Below, piece by piece: positions 1-10,139 of a stretch of DNA of 64,000 nt; within the stretch, counting starts at the first letter, position 1, and each line of letters starts with the position of its first letter. This DNA is from an uncultured Planctomycetales bacterium (lineage in GTDB: Bacteria; Omnitrophota; Gorgyraeia; Zapsychrales; Fredricksoniimonadaceae), in contig CAYTIW010000008.1 of NCBI GenBank assembly GCA_964438075.1, positions 5,359 through 69,358 on the forward strand, read 5' to 3'. The position numbers were made by a program, and so were the translations under genes. The notes below the pieces were generated by a model. It did no database searches and was not told where the DNA came from. It saw nothing but the letters and a program-made list of their open reading frames with translations.

Positions 1-1810
1 AGACCGAGGCATCTTCGATCTTTTCCCGGAGCTGTTCATCGCTCATCGAACCAAGCTGGTCGCCGGTCAACTTCAGGGCCCCTTTCATGCCCAGCCACGA
101 AGAGACCGCGCTCCCGGTCGTAAGATTGTCGCCGGTCGCCATGACGACCTTGATCCCGCCGCGGTGGCAGGCCGCTATCGCTTTTTTCGCCTCTTCTCGA
201 GGGGGATCGATCATCCCGCAGAGGCCCACGATGATCAATTTTCCTTCCAGATCCTCATCGGACAATCCTGTTGTGCCGGCGGGGGCTTCCGCCCATGCGA
301 TAGTCAGTACCCGCATCGCTTTTCGGGCCATAGAATCCGCCGCAGCAATGAATTCCGCACGCCCGGCCCGGTCCAAAACTTTCTTTTGGCCGTCCTGGAA
401 GTAAAAGCCGGCCTTGGGCAGGAGCTTCTCTATAGCGCCTTTGACGAAGACCACCCTTTGTTGTCCATCGCGGTGCGCAGTAGCCATGTATTGACGTTCG
501 CTCTGGAACGGGATCTCTGCCACGCGGGGGTAGCGCGCCGCTTCTTCCGTTTTTCCCAAGCCAGCCTTGGCCGCAGCCACGACCAGCGCCCCTTCGGTCG
601 GGTCGCCGATGATCTCATAAACTCCGTCCTTCTGCGACAAAGCGGCATCGTTGCATAAAAGACCGGCGCGCAGACACATCTCCAGGCCCGAAGATCTTTT
701 TGCGTCGAACGGCTGCCCATCAAGCAAAAAAGCGCCTTCAGGAGCGTATCCTTGCCCGCCGACCTCTATGCTCTTTCTATCGATGAATATTTCTTTGACC
801 GTCATTTGGTTCAGGGTGAGCGTCCCGGTCTTGTCGGAACAAATGACCGTGGTCGAACCGAGAGTTTCGACCGCGATCAGTTTTCGCACGATCGCGTTGT
901 GGCGCGCCATCCGCTGCATCCCGACCGCCAACACCACGGTGACCACGGCAGGCAGCCCTTCCGGGATAGCGGCAACGGCGGCCGCCACCGCGAGCATAAA
1001 AACGTCCACCCAGGGCATGTTCTTCCAGAGTCCCAGCAATACCAAGGCGCCGCAAACACCGAGGACTATCCAAATAAGCGACACGCCCAGCTTGTCGATG
1101 CTCTGCTGCAGCGATGTCTTTTCTTCCTTGATCCCTTGGACCGCGGACGCGATCTTCCCGATCTCGGTTCCCATGCCCGTCGCGGTGATAACGGCCTGGC
1201 CCCGGCCGGAGATAACCGCCGTCCCGGTAAACACCATGTTCTTTCTTTCCCCCAGCGAAACGTCTTTGTCGATCACAACGGTATTCTTCCCGACCGGCAG
1301 CGATTCCCCGGTGAGGGAAGATTCGTTTATCTTCAAATTAACGCTTTCGACGAGGCGGCCGTCCGCGGGCACTTTATCTCCCGCCTCTAATATGATGATG
1401 TCTCCCGGGACGATCTCCTGGGCCGGGATGACCTCCAATTTGCCGTCCCGTCTCACCTTGGCCTTAGGCGCGGCCAGCTGCAAAAGGGCGTCCATGGCTT
1501 TTCCGGCTCGGAATTCCTGGATAAAACCGACGACGGCCATGAATAAAAGGACCGCGACGATCGTCAAGGCATCGAGAGGGCCTTTCACGACGGCCTTGAC
1601 CGTGGCGGCGGCGACCAGAATATAGACAAGGGGATTCAGGAATTGCCGGAAAAATATGACGACAGCGGTTATTTTCTTCTTTGAAGCCAGCTGATTAGGG
1701 CCGTAAGCATGATGCCGTTTCCGGGCCTCAGATCCGGACAGTCCTGACAGGCTCGAATTCAAGTCCGCGATAACGATGTCTACCGTTTTCCTATATTCCT
1801 CGGCCTTCAT
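1..1810 (-). CDS. Cation-transporting P-type ATPase (type II, Ca2+/Mg2+-ATPase-like); 3' end cut by window edge
   Basis: Not in the ORF track because the frame is open at nt 1. Reverse-strand translation from ATG 1810 (GGAGAAA upstream) reads MKAEEYRKTVDIV... It carries LTGES (actuator), ICSDKTGTLT (phosphorylation site) and VVMATGDNLTT (hinge). The frame stays open to nt 2. The + strand ORFs at 87-1625 are antisense shadows. Confidence 0.9.
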   Translation of the reverse strand, partial: MKAEEYRKTVDIVIADLNSSLSGLSGSEARKRHHAYGPNQLASKKKITAVVIFFRQFLNPLVYILVAAATVKAVVKGPLDALTIVAVLLFMAVVGFIQEFRAGKAMDALLQLAAPKAKVRRDGKLEVIPAQEIVPGDIIILEAGDKVPADGRLVESVNLKINESSLTGESLPVGKNTVVIDKDVSLGERKNMVFTGTAVISGRGQAVITATGMGTEIGKIASAVQGIKEEKTSLQQSIDKLGVSLIWIVLGVCGALVLLGLWKNMPWVDVFMLAVAAAVAAIPEGLPAVVTVVLAVGMQRMARHNAIVRKLIAVETLGSTTVICSDKTGTLTLNQMTVKEIFIDRKSIEVGGQGYAPEGAFLLDGQPFDAKRSSGLEMCLRAGLLCNDAALSQKDGVYEIIGDPTEGALVVAAAKAGLGKTEEAARYPRVAEIPFQSERQYMATAHRDGQQRVVFVKGAIEKLLPKAGFYFQDGQKKVLDRAGRAEFIAAADSMARKAMRVLTIAWAEAPAGTTGLSDEDLEGKLIIVGLCGMIDPPREEAKKAIAACHRGGIKVVMATGDNLTTGSAVSSWLGMKGALKLTGDQLGSMSDEQLREKIEDASV

Positions 1811-1839
1811 TGCGTTTCTCCAATTAATATTTGTCCAGC

Positions 1840-3468
1840 TTATAGGATATAGTCGGTCGACAAGAAATTCGACTTGTGGTCTTTGACGATCTCGTTAAGT
1901 ATCTTCTTATTTACATCCGTCTCTTTCGCGGCCACGAGGGAGCGTATGGAAAAGACCTTTAAAGCATCCGATACCGAAAGCGTCCCTTCCGCCGAATCTT
2001 TCCTGCCCGTGAACGGGAATGTGTCCGGACCCCGCTGGCACTGGCTGTTGATGTTCACCCGGCAGACATGGTTGACCAAAGGGTCGATCAGGTCCGCGAT
2101 CAGATCAGAGTCGCCGCCAAAGACGCTGACCTGTTGGCCATAATTAGAGTCGATAATATACCTGATCGGGGTCTCGATATCCTCGAAAGAAGCGACCGGG
2201 ACCACAGGGCCGAACTGTTCTTCCGCGTATACCCTCATTTTTGAATTCACCGGATACAATACCGCGGGATAGAAAAAAGTCCCTTTCGCCGAGCCGCCGC
2301 CGTTGTTGATGACCTTGGCGCCGTATTTCTTAGCATCCTCGACCAGCCCGGCCAGGTACTCGATCTTGCCCGGTTCGGGCAGAGGCGTTAAGAAAACGCC
2401 ATCCCCCCAGGGCAATCCGAACTTCAGTTTCTCGATCTCGGCGGTAAATCTCCTCAGGAATTCGTCCACCACATTGGCATGGACAAACACTATTTTCAAG
2501 GCCGTGCAGCGTTGTCCGTTATACGACAATGTCCCTAGAATGTGCTCTTTGACCGCCAGGTCCAGGTCCGCATCCTTAAGGACGATGGACGCGTTCTTCG
2601 CCTCCAGCCCCAGGACAAACCGGCAGCGGTGAGGCTTGGGATGCTGTTTTTGCAGGACATTGGCAGCCTGGCTTGAGCCGATGAAAGCCAGGGCGTCGAT
2701 CTTGCCGGACGACATTATGGGCCCCATGATCTTCCGCCCTTCACCGTATACCGTGTTCACCACTCCTTTCGGGAAAGACTCCTGAAAGGCCTTAAGCAAA
2801 GGCCGGTGAAGGAGGGCTCCCATCCTGGGCGGTTTGAATATGATCGTGTTCCCCATCATAAGGGCAGGGATAAGCGTGGCAAATGTTTCGTTCAGCGGAT
2901 AGTTATAAGGCCCCATGCATAAAACAACGCCCAAGGGAGCCCGGCGGATCTGGCCGATGACACCCTGCTCGATGACAAATCTCGACGATGCCCTGTCAAG
3001 TTCCTTCAGCGCATTGATGGTATCCCGGATGTAATCGACGGTCCGGTCGAACTCTTTTGCAGAGTCGGCGAGATTCTTGCCTATCTCCCACATAAGGAGA
3101 TTGACCACCTCGTCCCTTACACTCCGCATCTGGCCGACGAAATCCTCGAAATGCGTTATCCTTTCCTGGATAGAACGCGTGGGCCAGTATCCCCGGCCGC
3201 TGCCATAAGCCGCCACGGCCGCGTCCAATGCTTCCAGCGCTTCCTTCTCGGTCAAAAGAGGATAGTGCCCGATCGTTACGGGCAGGTCCTCTTTTCCCCT
3301 TTTGATCAGCACCGGCGACGGCACAAGCCGTACCGGCCCCTGCCAGTGCCTGAGTTCGCCATTTATCAGATATTCGTTCTGTTCAACAGCCGCAGGCAAT
3401 TTAAATTTTGAAGGGATGCCGCTCTCTTCAACAAATATGGTGGTCAATCTATCCGCGATATCCATTTC
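1840..3468 (-). CDS. Aldehyde dehydrogenase, non-phosphorylating GapN-like (NADP-dependent G3P dehydrogenase family)
   Basis: The track start at 3489 is TTG. The first ATG (3468) follows GAGAGGAGGAGAA. ALDH motifs are present: catalytic Cys in NGQRCTA, and [10 protein letters not shown]. The C-terminal [23 protein letters not shown] closely resembles GapN. Confidence 0.75.
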   Translation of the reverse strand, partial: EMDIADRLTTIFVEESGIPSKFKLPAAVEQNEYLINGELRHWQGPVRLVPSPVLIKRGKEDLPVTIGHYPLLTEKEALEALDAAVAAYGSGRGYWPTRSIQERITHFEDFVGQMRSVRDEVVNLLMWEIGKNLADSAKEFDRTVDYIRDTINALKELDRASSRFVIEQGVIGQIRRAPLGVVLCMGPYNYPLNETFATLIPALMMGNTIIFKPPRMGALLHRPLLKAFQESFPKGVVNTVYGEGRKIMGPIMSSGKIDALAFIGSSQAANVLQKQHPKPHRCRFVLGLEAKNASIVLKDADLDLAVKEHILGTLSYNGQRCTALKIVFVHANVVDEFLRRFTAEIEKLKFGLPWGDGVFLTPLPEPGKIEYLAGLVEDAKKYGAKVINNGGGSAKGTFFYPAVLYPVNSKMRVYAEEQFGPVVPVASFEDIETPIRYIIDSNYGQQVSVFGGDSDLIADLIDPLVNHVCRVNINSQCQRGPDTFPFTGRKDSAEGTLSVSDALKVFSIRSLVAAKETDVNKKILNEIVKDHKSNFLSTDYIL

Positions 3469-3566
3469 TCCTCCTCTCGACAAGAACAAGGTATTGCCCT
3501 TTGCATATTAATGCCGCCAATCGAAGCGGGACTGACAGCCTCACCGCAAATGAAGCCCGGCGTCAT

Positions 3567-5270
3567 CTATGCTTTTATATTTGTATTTGCCTCCGTCTGG
3601 GGACCGCGTGCCTCCAAGAAAAGAGTCCTTATCACTTCCCCGACCAAAAGGAAGCTCAACGCAAGCAAAATGATCCCGCAGACGCCCGCGGCGAGGACAT
3701 CCGGCCCCTGCCCGCCGACATTCAGGCGGACGACGGATACCAGGAACGGCGTCACCAGGTTGACCAGGGACCAGACCGTCATGACCAGCATGAAGATCAT
3801 GGGCAGGACCGCGAAGAGCGCGTTCTTGCCGGTCTTCACAAGCCAGACCGCGATGACCAAAAGGGTCAGGCTGGCCAAAAGCTGGTTGCTGGTCCCGAAG
3901 ATCGGCCAGGCCACCAGGTAACCCTTCTCTTTGGTCAGCATCAGGAAAACGAAAGGAACGGCCAAGCTGATCAAAGTGGCCATGACGCCGCCCATCCTCG
4001 AACGCCATCCCGTCAATTCCTGGAAGATATAACGCGTCAGCCTGGTGCAGACATCAAGTGTGTCGTACACAAAGGTCGAGAAGGCCAGGAGGGCAAAAGG
4101 AAGGGCAAAGTTGTAATTGATCTTCAGCAGCCCCATATACTGGGCGATGCCCTGGGCATAGATAAGGTTAGGTTCCGCCTTGAGGGCCCCGGTCCCTTTG
4201 GGCAGCATCATGACCGTGGCCATGGCCAGGACCGCGACCAGCCCTTCCAGGAGCATGGCCCCGTAACCGACCGGCAGGGCGTCCCGGTGCTTCTCGATCT
4301 GTTTCGAGGTGGTGCCTGAGGACACGATGCCGTGGAAACCGGAGCAGGCGCCGCAGGCCACGGTGATGAACAGAAGCGGGAATATCAGCTTGTGGTTGTC
4401 GGCCCCTTGGAGACCGGCCAGATTGAAGGCCGGGTACTCGATACGAAAGCCTCCGAACAAGGCCCCGATCAGCCCGATGGCGATCACAAGGTATAAAAGC
4501 CATCCGCCCAGGTATCCGCGCGGCTGCAGCAAGATCCACATGGGGATGAGCGAGGCGACGAAACAATAGGCCAAGAGGACCGCATCCCACTGTTTGATGG
4601 AAATACCGGACAGAAAACCCAGGAACGCCGGCGGCAGATGCGGCCCCGCCCAGATGATCAAAAGCACTACCGGCAGGAATATGGCGGTCGCCATCCCTAA
4701 TTTCATCTTGAACCGGTACAGCAGGACCCCCATCACCACGGCGGCCACGATATACAATAGCGACGATCCGGCCACGGCCGGACCGAAACTTTGATCCAGG
4801 GTTACGGTCTTGAACGTCTGGGCGGTTATATCAGTGAAAGCAATGATCACATAGATCAATGCGAGCCAAACGAAGACCAGGAACAGTTTATAGACCCGCG
4901 GCAGGTGCTCCTTGACCACTTCTCCGATCGAGGCCCCGTCATGCCGCAGCGACGCCATCAGGCTGCCCAAATCGTGCACGCCTCCGATAAAGATAGCCCC
5001 CAGGACTATCCATAACAGCGCCGGCACCCAACCGAACCAGAGGCAGGCCAGGATCGGCCCCACGATCGGGCCGGCGGCCGCAATGGCCGAGAAGTGCTGC
5101 CCTAGAAGGAGCTCAGGCTTGGCCGGGACATAATCCACGCCGTCATTGATGCGGCAGGCCGGCGTGGGCGCGGGGTCATCGACCTGGAATTTCTTAGCCA
5201 AGAAACGGCCGTAGATCCGGTAACTCAACAGGAACATAATAATGACCGCCAGTACTATCTGCGAGATCAT
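3567..5270 (-). CDS. cstA: Carbon starvation protein A family peptide/pyruvate transporter
   Basis: 567 aa and polytopic. CstA signatures: MISQIVLAVIIMFLLSYRIYGRFLAKKF and DGVDYVPAKPELLLGQHFSAIAAAGPIVGPI. Strong SD (GAGGAGG) upstream of ATG 5270. Confidence 0.9.
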   Translation of the reverse strand: MISQIVLAVIIMFLLSYRIYGRFLAKKFQVDDPAPTPACRINDGVDYVPAKPELLLGQHFSAIAAAGPIVGPILACLWFGWVPALLWIVLGAIFIGGVHDLGSLMASLRHDGASIGEVVKEHLPRVYKLFLVFVWLALIYVIIAFTDITAQTFKTVTLDQSFGPAVAGSSLLYIVAAVVMGVLLYRFKMKLGMATAIFLPVVLLIIWAGPHLPPAFLGFLSGISIKQWDAVLLAYCFVASLIPMWILLQPRGYLGGWLLYLVIAIGLIGALFGGFRIEYPAFNLAGLQGADNHKLIFPLLFITVACGACSGFHGIVSSGTTSKQIEKHRDALPVGYGAMLLEGLVAVLAMATVMMLPKGTGALKAEPNLIYAQGIAQYMGLLKINYNFALPFALLAFSTFVYDTLDVCTRLTRYIFQELTGWRSRMGGVMATLISLAVPFVFLMLTKEKGYLVAWPIFGTSNQLLASLTLLVIAVWLVKTGKNALFAVLPMIFMLVMTVWSLVNLVTPFLVSVVRLNVGGQGPDVLAAGVCGIILLALSFLLVGEVIRTLFLEARGPQTEANTNIKA

Positions 5271-5380
5271 GCCGCAGCCTCCTCAAGTCTTTTCAATCCT
5301 ATCCGCATCTACGCCTTAAGATGGAAAATAACCGGCCGGTCTGGCCCCCCAAACATCTTGCCAATATTACCATAATCTCA

Positions 5381-6376
5381 TCAAAAAAATACCTTATCCT
5401 CCTGCTGGAGCTCGAACAAGGCATCCGCCACGGCCCCATGCCCTTTTTTATTCAAATGGCAGGGATCGTTAACAAGGAAAAATGGTCTTTTTTCCCGATA
5501 CCGGGCTGAAAAATATTTATCCAGATCAACATACTTGAATTTATATTTCTTGAGCAGAGTTTCAAACCTGGCCAGGTCATTTTGCTGGTCACCGACGTTG
5601 GCCGGAAGCAAAACGAATAGGAATTCCAGATCATGCCTGGCCGCCATCTCCGGCAGCAGCTGGAATATCTGTTCCACCTCGTTGATATTCAGATACCGCA
5701 AATAAGGATTTTCAAACTGCCGGCCGCTGCGGCCGGACGTCCAATATTTCATGAACAGCTTCCAATACCTGTAGACCTGTGATTTGTATAGAACGCTCTC
5801 CGTGGCCCCCTCGTATCGGTAATATTCTTTATAAAAGGAATTCCTGTCGACCGCCTCCAGCTTTTTCCTGATCTCGGCCAATTCCGACGACGCTTCCTGC
5901 AGGTCATTAAAGGTCAGGCACCAGACCACCATATCCGGGTGGAAAGCAAGTGCCTTCTGCTTAAGATATTCGAATTCCTGTATGAATGAATACCCCTCCA
6001 CCCCCAGATTGATGATCTCGACGTTCTTGTCGGCCCACTTCCCACCCAAAAGCTCAGTAAAGCGTTCTTTAGGCTCAACGGTGAAACCTTCCACCACCGA
6101 GTCACCCAGAAAAACCAGCCGCTTTTTAGCCGGGTCTTTTCTAAGACTGAAAGCTCCTCCCCTATGGCCATATTCATTAAAGGGACCGGCATCGGGCTTG
6201 GGCTCGTAGAGCAGTTTCTTATTGGCAGATAAAATATATGTATAACCGGAGTCGGTGAAACTTATCCGGCGGAAAAGAGGGGCCGGCTTTACAACGGATA
6301 TGATCACTTCGGCCAAGAGAAGCGATAATATGATGGACGAACAGGCCAGCAGCAGCTTGGATTTAAATGGATTCAT
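5381..6376 (-). CDS. Membrane-anchored SGNH/GDSL-family hydrolase
   Basis: 331 aa with an N-terminal hydrophobic anchor (LLLACSSIILSLLLAEVIISVV). Block I is VFLGDSVVEG and the C-terminal DxxH block is DPCHLNKKGH. Confidence 0.7.
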   Translation of the reverse strand: MNPFKSKLLLACSSIILSLLLAEVIISVVKPAPLFRRISFTDSGYTYILSANKKLLYEPKPDAGPFNEYGHRGGAFSLRKDPAKKRLVFLGDSVVEGFTVEPKERFTELLGGKWADKNVEIINLGVEGYSFIQEFEYLKQKALAFHPDMVVWCLTFNDLQEASSELAEIRKKLEAVDRNSFYKEYYRYEGATESVLYKSQVYRYWKLFMKYWTSGRSGRQFENPYLRYLNINEVEQIFQLLPEMAARHDLEFLFVLLPANVGDQQNDLARFETLLKKYKFKYVDLDKYFSARYREKRPFFLVNDPCHLNKKGHGAVADALFELQQEDKVFF

Positions 6377-6469
6377 TCTTTATTCATCGTGACGGAACGT
6401 TACCCGTCAACAGCTTATTAAAAGCCTTCACGTGCATACTGTAATTAAGGAAAGCCGCTCGATCGACGC

Positions 6470-7933
6470 TCAACGGCCTTCGATCGTTGCCAATGTATGT
6501 TGCAGCGACCTGAAATCATCATCATTGGCCAGCACCAACAGGACATCTCCGCCCTCAATGACCGTAGCCCCGGATGGAATGATGAATTTATTGTTCCTGG
6601 AGATCAGGACGATAAGACACTTTTCCGGGATGTTCACATGCCTTATCATTTTTCCTGCGACATCAGAATCATAGGGGACGATGATCTCCGACAACTCGGC
6701 ATCTATACCCTTGGTCTTTTCGAACGCGATCGGGTAATTGATCTTTTTGGGCAAAGGGGTATCCAGTTTCAATACTTTCGATACTATCGGTATGGACGTG
6801 CCTTGAATAAATACCGAAGCTATAACGACGAAGAACACCACATTAAAAATGGTGTCGGCCTGCTGTATGCCCGCCATGAAAGGGAACGTGGCCAGGATGA
6901 TGGGGACCGACCCCCTCAGTCCGACCCAGGCGATCATGGCCTTTTTGCGCATGGCCATCTTGAACGGCAAAAGACACAGCAACACGCTGACCGGGCGGGC
7001 TATGACCATGAGGAGAAGGGTCAGTAATAGTCCGGGCCCGATCAAAGGAACGATATGCGAAGGGAAAACCAGCAGCCCCAGCGTCACGAACATGGCGATC
7101 TGCATGAGCCAGGCCAGGCCGTCATGGAATCTCATGATCATTCGTTTATTGGGAAATTCCGCCTGCCCCAGCATCAAGCCTGCCAGGTAGACCGCCAATA
7201 TCCCGTTACCTTTTAGAAAGACAGCGACCACGTAGGTCAAAAGCACCAGCGAGATCATTATCACCGGGTAAAGCCCTTCATATTCCAGCTTCAGGCGGTT
7301 AATGATGATCACGATGAACTTCGCCATCAGATAACCTATGATCGCCCCCATCCCCATATCCACCACGAACCTGGGGACCAGGGAGACCAGGCTCATATCC
7401 TTCACGGTGAGGATGCTTATAAACCCCACGGTCAGGAAGACCGCCATCGGATCATTGCTGCCGGATTCGAACTCCAGCAGCGGTTTCAAAGGCTTTTTCA
7501 GGCTTATCTGCCTCGATCTCAGGATGCTGAAGACGGCGGCAGCGTCGGTCGAAGAAACGATGGAACCCAGCAGCATCCCCTCGTAAACAGAGAAATCCAG
7601 TATGTATACGGCAAAAAAACCGGTTATTACTGCAGTGATCAATACCCCGAGAGTAGACAAAATGACCCCGGGCCAGGCCACGGGCCTGGTGTCCTTCCAA
7701 TTGGTATCAAACCCGCCGGAAAAGATGATGAAAACAAGGGCGATCACGCCTATGGACTTGGCGAGGTAGGCGTTGTCAAAATAGATCCTGCCTATACCCT
7801 CTGAGCCGGCCAGCATGCCGATAGCCAGGAATAACAACAGGACCGGAACTCCGTACCTGTCAGAGATCTTGCTCGACACAACGCTCACGAAGAACAGTAT
7901 CGAAACCCAAAATACAATATTTTCCATGACCAT
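6470..7933 (-). CDS. nhaP2: K+/H+ (cation/proton) antiporter, CPA1 NhaP2/CvrA type with C-terminal TrkA-C domain
   Basis: 487 aa. It has a polytopic Na+/H+-exchanger-like core plus a soluble C-terminal RCK_C-like segment (IIPSGATVIEGGDVLLVLANDDD). Confidence 0.8.
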   Translation of the reverse strand: MVMENIVFWVSILFFVSVVSSKISDRYGVPVLLLFLAIGMLAGSEGIGRIYFDNAYLAKSIGVIALVFIIFSGGFDTNWKDTRPVAWPGVILSTLGVLITAVITGFFAVYILDFSVYEGMLLGSIVSSTDAAAVFSILRSRQISLKKPLKPLLEFESGSNDPMAVFLTVGFISILTVKDMSLVSLVPRFVVDMGMGAIIGYLMAKFIVIIINRLKLEYEGLYPVIMISLVLLTYVVAVFLKGNGILAVYLAGLMLGQAEFPNKRMIMRFHDGLAWLMQIAMFVTLGLLVFPSHIVPLIGPGLLLTLLLMVIARPVSVLLCLLPFKMAMRKKAMIAWVGLRGSVPIILATFPFMAGIQQADTIFNVVFFVVIASVFIQGTSIPIVSKVLKLDTPLPKKINYPIAFEKTKGIDAELSEIIVPYDSDVAGKMIRHVNIPEKCLIVLISRNNKFIIPSGATVIEGGDVLLVLANDDDFRSLQHTLATIEGR

Positions 7934-8233
7934 TTCGGATCATCTTCCAGTTGCCGGCCGAGAACTGAAAACCAACGCAATCTATAATCTACAACCGATT
8001 CAGAACAACCCATAATAAAAAGAACATTATATTCCGGTCACGATCGAAAATTTGTCATAGCGTCGCCGAACAGGATAAGCTGGCTGCCCGGGAGGATATT
8101 ATCAGTTCGATATATAAACTGCCTTGACCTTTTTTTGAGCGGCCGACAAGCCGCTAGCAGGGATAGATCTCGAACGCCCTTGAAGCCCAAGGCATGGCCC
8201 GCTCCAGATACCTGGCCGCTGATGTCCGGCCGA

Positions 8234-10084
8234 TCACTTGGTAGCGTCCTCAAGGATCTCCATCATCCGCTTAACGTAATCTGAACGCGAGGGAAGCTCA
8301 CCGTCCAGCAATTGGGCGCTCTCATACAACTGCACGATGCATTTCTGCAGGAAAGGGTCGGAAGCATCAGCCAGATAGCGGCGGGAAAGATTACGTATGA
8401 CCGGATGATCGGTGTTAATTTCCATGATGCGCTTGGACTGGGGGACGTCATGCCCCATCATCTTCATCATCCGCTCCATTTGACGGTCCAGGCCCTTTTC
8501 CCCGGTCACCAATGTCACGGCTGAATCGACCAAACGTTTGGAGGCCCTGACGTCCTCAACCCGGTCCTTGAGGGTAGCCCTGATGAAATCCACTAAGGAG
8601 CGGGACAGGTTGTCAGTGTCTTTTTGCCCCTTATCCTCTCCGGCATCCAGTTCGATATCGGCCTTGTCGATGGCCCGGATCGGCTTCTTTTCGTATTCGC
8701 CGATACCGGGAATGATAAAGATATCCACCGGCTCGGTCAAAAAGATCACTTCGATCCCGTTCTTCCTGAAATATTCCAGATTGGGATTGCGCTCGACCTG
8801 TTCCCGGCTGTCGCCGGAAAGGTAGTAAATAGCTTTCTGCTCTTCCTTCATCCTGCCGATGTAATCCTTGAACGAGACCATTTCGCCGGCTTTTTGGGTA
8901 GAACTTTCGAAACGCAAGAGCTCGATCAGCTTGTCCCGGTTGAGGAAGTCCGTGTTAAGCCCGGTCTTGAACAAGGGGCCGAACGTCCGATAGAACTTCA
9001 GGTACTTCTCGGGATCGTTACCGGCCATTCTCTGCAGCCACTGGATGATCTTGGCCGTCAAAGTGTCCTTGATCTTCAAAAGGACAGGGGAAGCCTGCGC
9101 CACCTCGCGGGAAACATTCAAGGGCAGATCACTGGTATCCACCACCCCCCTGATGAACTGGAGATATTCCGGCAGCAGCTCTTTACAGTCCTCCATGATC
9201 ATGATCTTCTTGGCGTATAACTGCACGGTCTTGTGCTGCTGCAAGCGCATCAGGTCGACCGGAGCCCGCCCGGGCATGAACAATAATGCCTTGAACTCGG
9301 CCCCGGAACCCTCGATAGACAGATGTAAATGGGCCAGCGGCTCTTCAAAATCGTTAGTGATGAATTTATAGAACTCATTGCGCTCCTCGTCCTTGATATC
9401 GTTCTCGCTTTTGCGCCACAAGGCCTCCACCGTATTGACCTTTTCCTTGCCGACAAAGATCGGGAAATCGGCGAAGTTGGAGTATTTCTTTATTATCTGT
9501 TTTATCCTTATCTCCTCGCCGAATTCCTTCGCGTTCTCCTTGAACTTGAACGAAATGACCGTGCCGCGGTCGGCCTTTTCGATCTCTTCGATCGTATAGC
9601 TCCCCTCCCCGGAAGAGGTCCAGCGGTATCCCCTTGAATCATGGTCAGCGTGGCGGGTCTCGATAGTGACTTCGTCGGTCACCATGAACACGGAGTAAAA
9701 TCCCACTCCGAACTGGCCGATAAGGTCTCCCACATCCTTCTTTTCCTCCTGCATTTTCTTCAGGAATTCCAGGGTGCCGGACCTGGCGACGGTACCTATG
9801 TTCTCGATAAGCTCCTGTTTGGCCATTCCCATACCGTTGTCCTGTATGGAAAAAGTCTTATCTTCAGCGTTGACCGTTATCTTTATTTCCAAATCCTGGC
9901 CCCGGCCGAGGATCGTTTCGTCCGTCAGCTGGCGGTAACGAACCCTGTTCAAAGCATCCGAAGCGTTAGAAACAAGCTCGCGTAAAAAGACCTCGGGATG
10001 CGTATAAAGAGAATGGATGATCAGGTTCAGCAACTGCTTCATTTCAGCTTTGTATTCGAATGTCTGGACCGCATTGTTCTCCAT
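8234..10084 (-). CDS. htpG: Molecular chaperone HtpG (Hsp90)
   Basis: 616 aa. The N-terminal GHKL ATPase signature is FEYKAEMKQLLNLIIHSLYTHPEVFLRELVSNASDAL, followed by GQFGVGFYS. GAGGGGA SD. Confidence 0.95.
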   Translation of the reverse strand: MENNAVQTFEYKAEMKQLLNLIIHSLYTHPEVFLRELVSNASDALNRVRYRQLTDETILGRGQDLEIKITVNAEDKTFSIQDNGMGMAKQELIENIGTVARSGTLEFLKKMQEEKKDVGDLIGQFGVGFYSVFMVTDEVTIETRHADHDSRGYRWTSSGEGSYTIEEIEKADRGTVISFKFKENAKEFGEEIRIKQIIKKYSNFADFPIFVGKEKVNTVEALWRKSENDIKDEERNEFYKFITNDFEEPLAHLHLSIEGSGAEFKALLFMPGRAPVDLMRLQQHKTVQLYAKKIMIMEDCKELLPEYLQFIRGVVDTSDLPLNVSREVAQASPVLLKIKDTLTAKIIQWLQRMAGNDPEKYLKFYRTFGPLFKTGLNTDFLNRDKLIELLRFESSTQKAGEMVSFKDYIGRMKEEQKAIYYLSGDSREQVERNPNLEYFRKNGIEVIFLTEPVDIFIIPGIGEYEKKPIRAIDKADIELDAGEDKGQKDTDNLSRSLVDFIRATLKDRVEDVRASKRLVDSAVTLVTGEKGLDRQMERMMKMMGHDVPQSKRIMEINTDHPVIRNLSRRYLADASDPFLQKCIVQLYESAQLLDGELPSRSDYVKRMMEILEDATK

Positions 10085-10139
10085 CGATCTATCCCCTCAT
10101 TCTTTGTCAGTGGTTTGCCACGATTGATAAACGTTCATA

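Noticed and set aside
87-1625. Several long + strand ORFs (up to 324 aa) at the left edge
   Set aside because: They are antisense to a clear P-type ATPase frame (TGES, DKTGTLT and GDN motifs) on the minus strand. Their translations are low-complexity, Arg/Pro/Ser/Thr-rich shadows.
3408-5133. + strand ORFs (e.g. 3408-4319, 303 aa) and alternative-frame minus ORFs overlapping cstA
   Set aside because: The translations are Arg/Gly/Asp/His-rich with no domain signatures. The cstA frame explains the region fully. They are typical GC-rich shadow ORFs.
8130-8155. Hairpin AGCGGC-CGACAA-GCCGCT next to a T7 run, considered as the htpG terminator
   Set aside because: On the minus (htpG) strand the stem is followed by an A-run, not a U-run. 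On the + strand the T-run precedes the stem. Neither orientation gives a canonical intrinsic terminator.
7934-8233. 300-nt leader upstream of the K+/H+ antiporter, considered as a c-di-AMP (ydaO-type) riboswitch
   Set aside because: I could not find the conserved ACGGGGA/pseudo-symmetric core elements by eye. An Rfam scan would be needed to be sure.
8038-8253. 71-aa minus-strand ORF in the htpG-nhaP2 intergenic region
   Set aside because: It overlaps the htpG 3' end, has no SD and no recognisable features, and its composition matches the non-coding GC-rich spacer.
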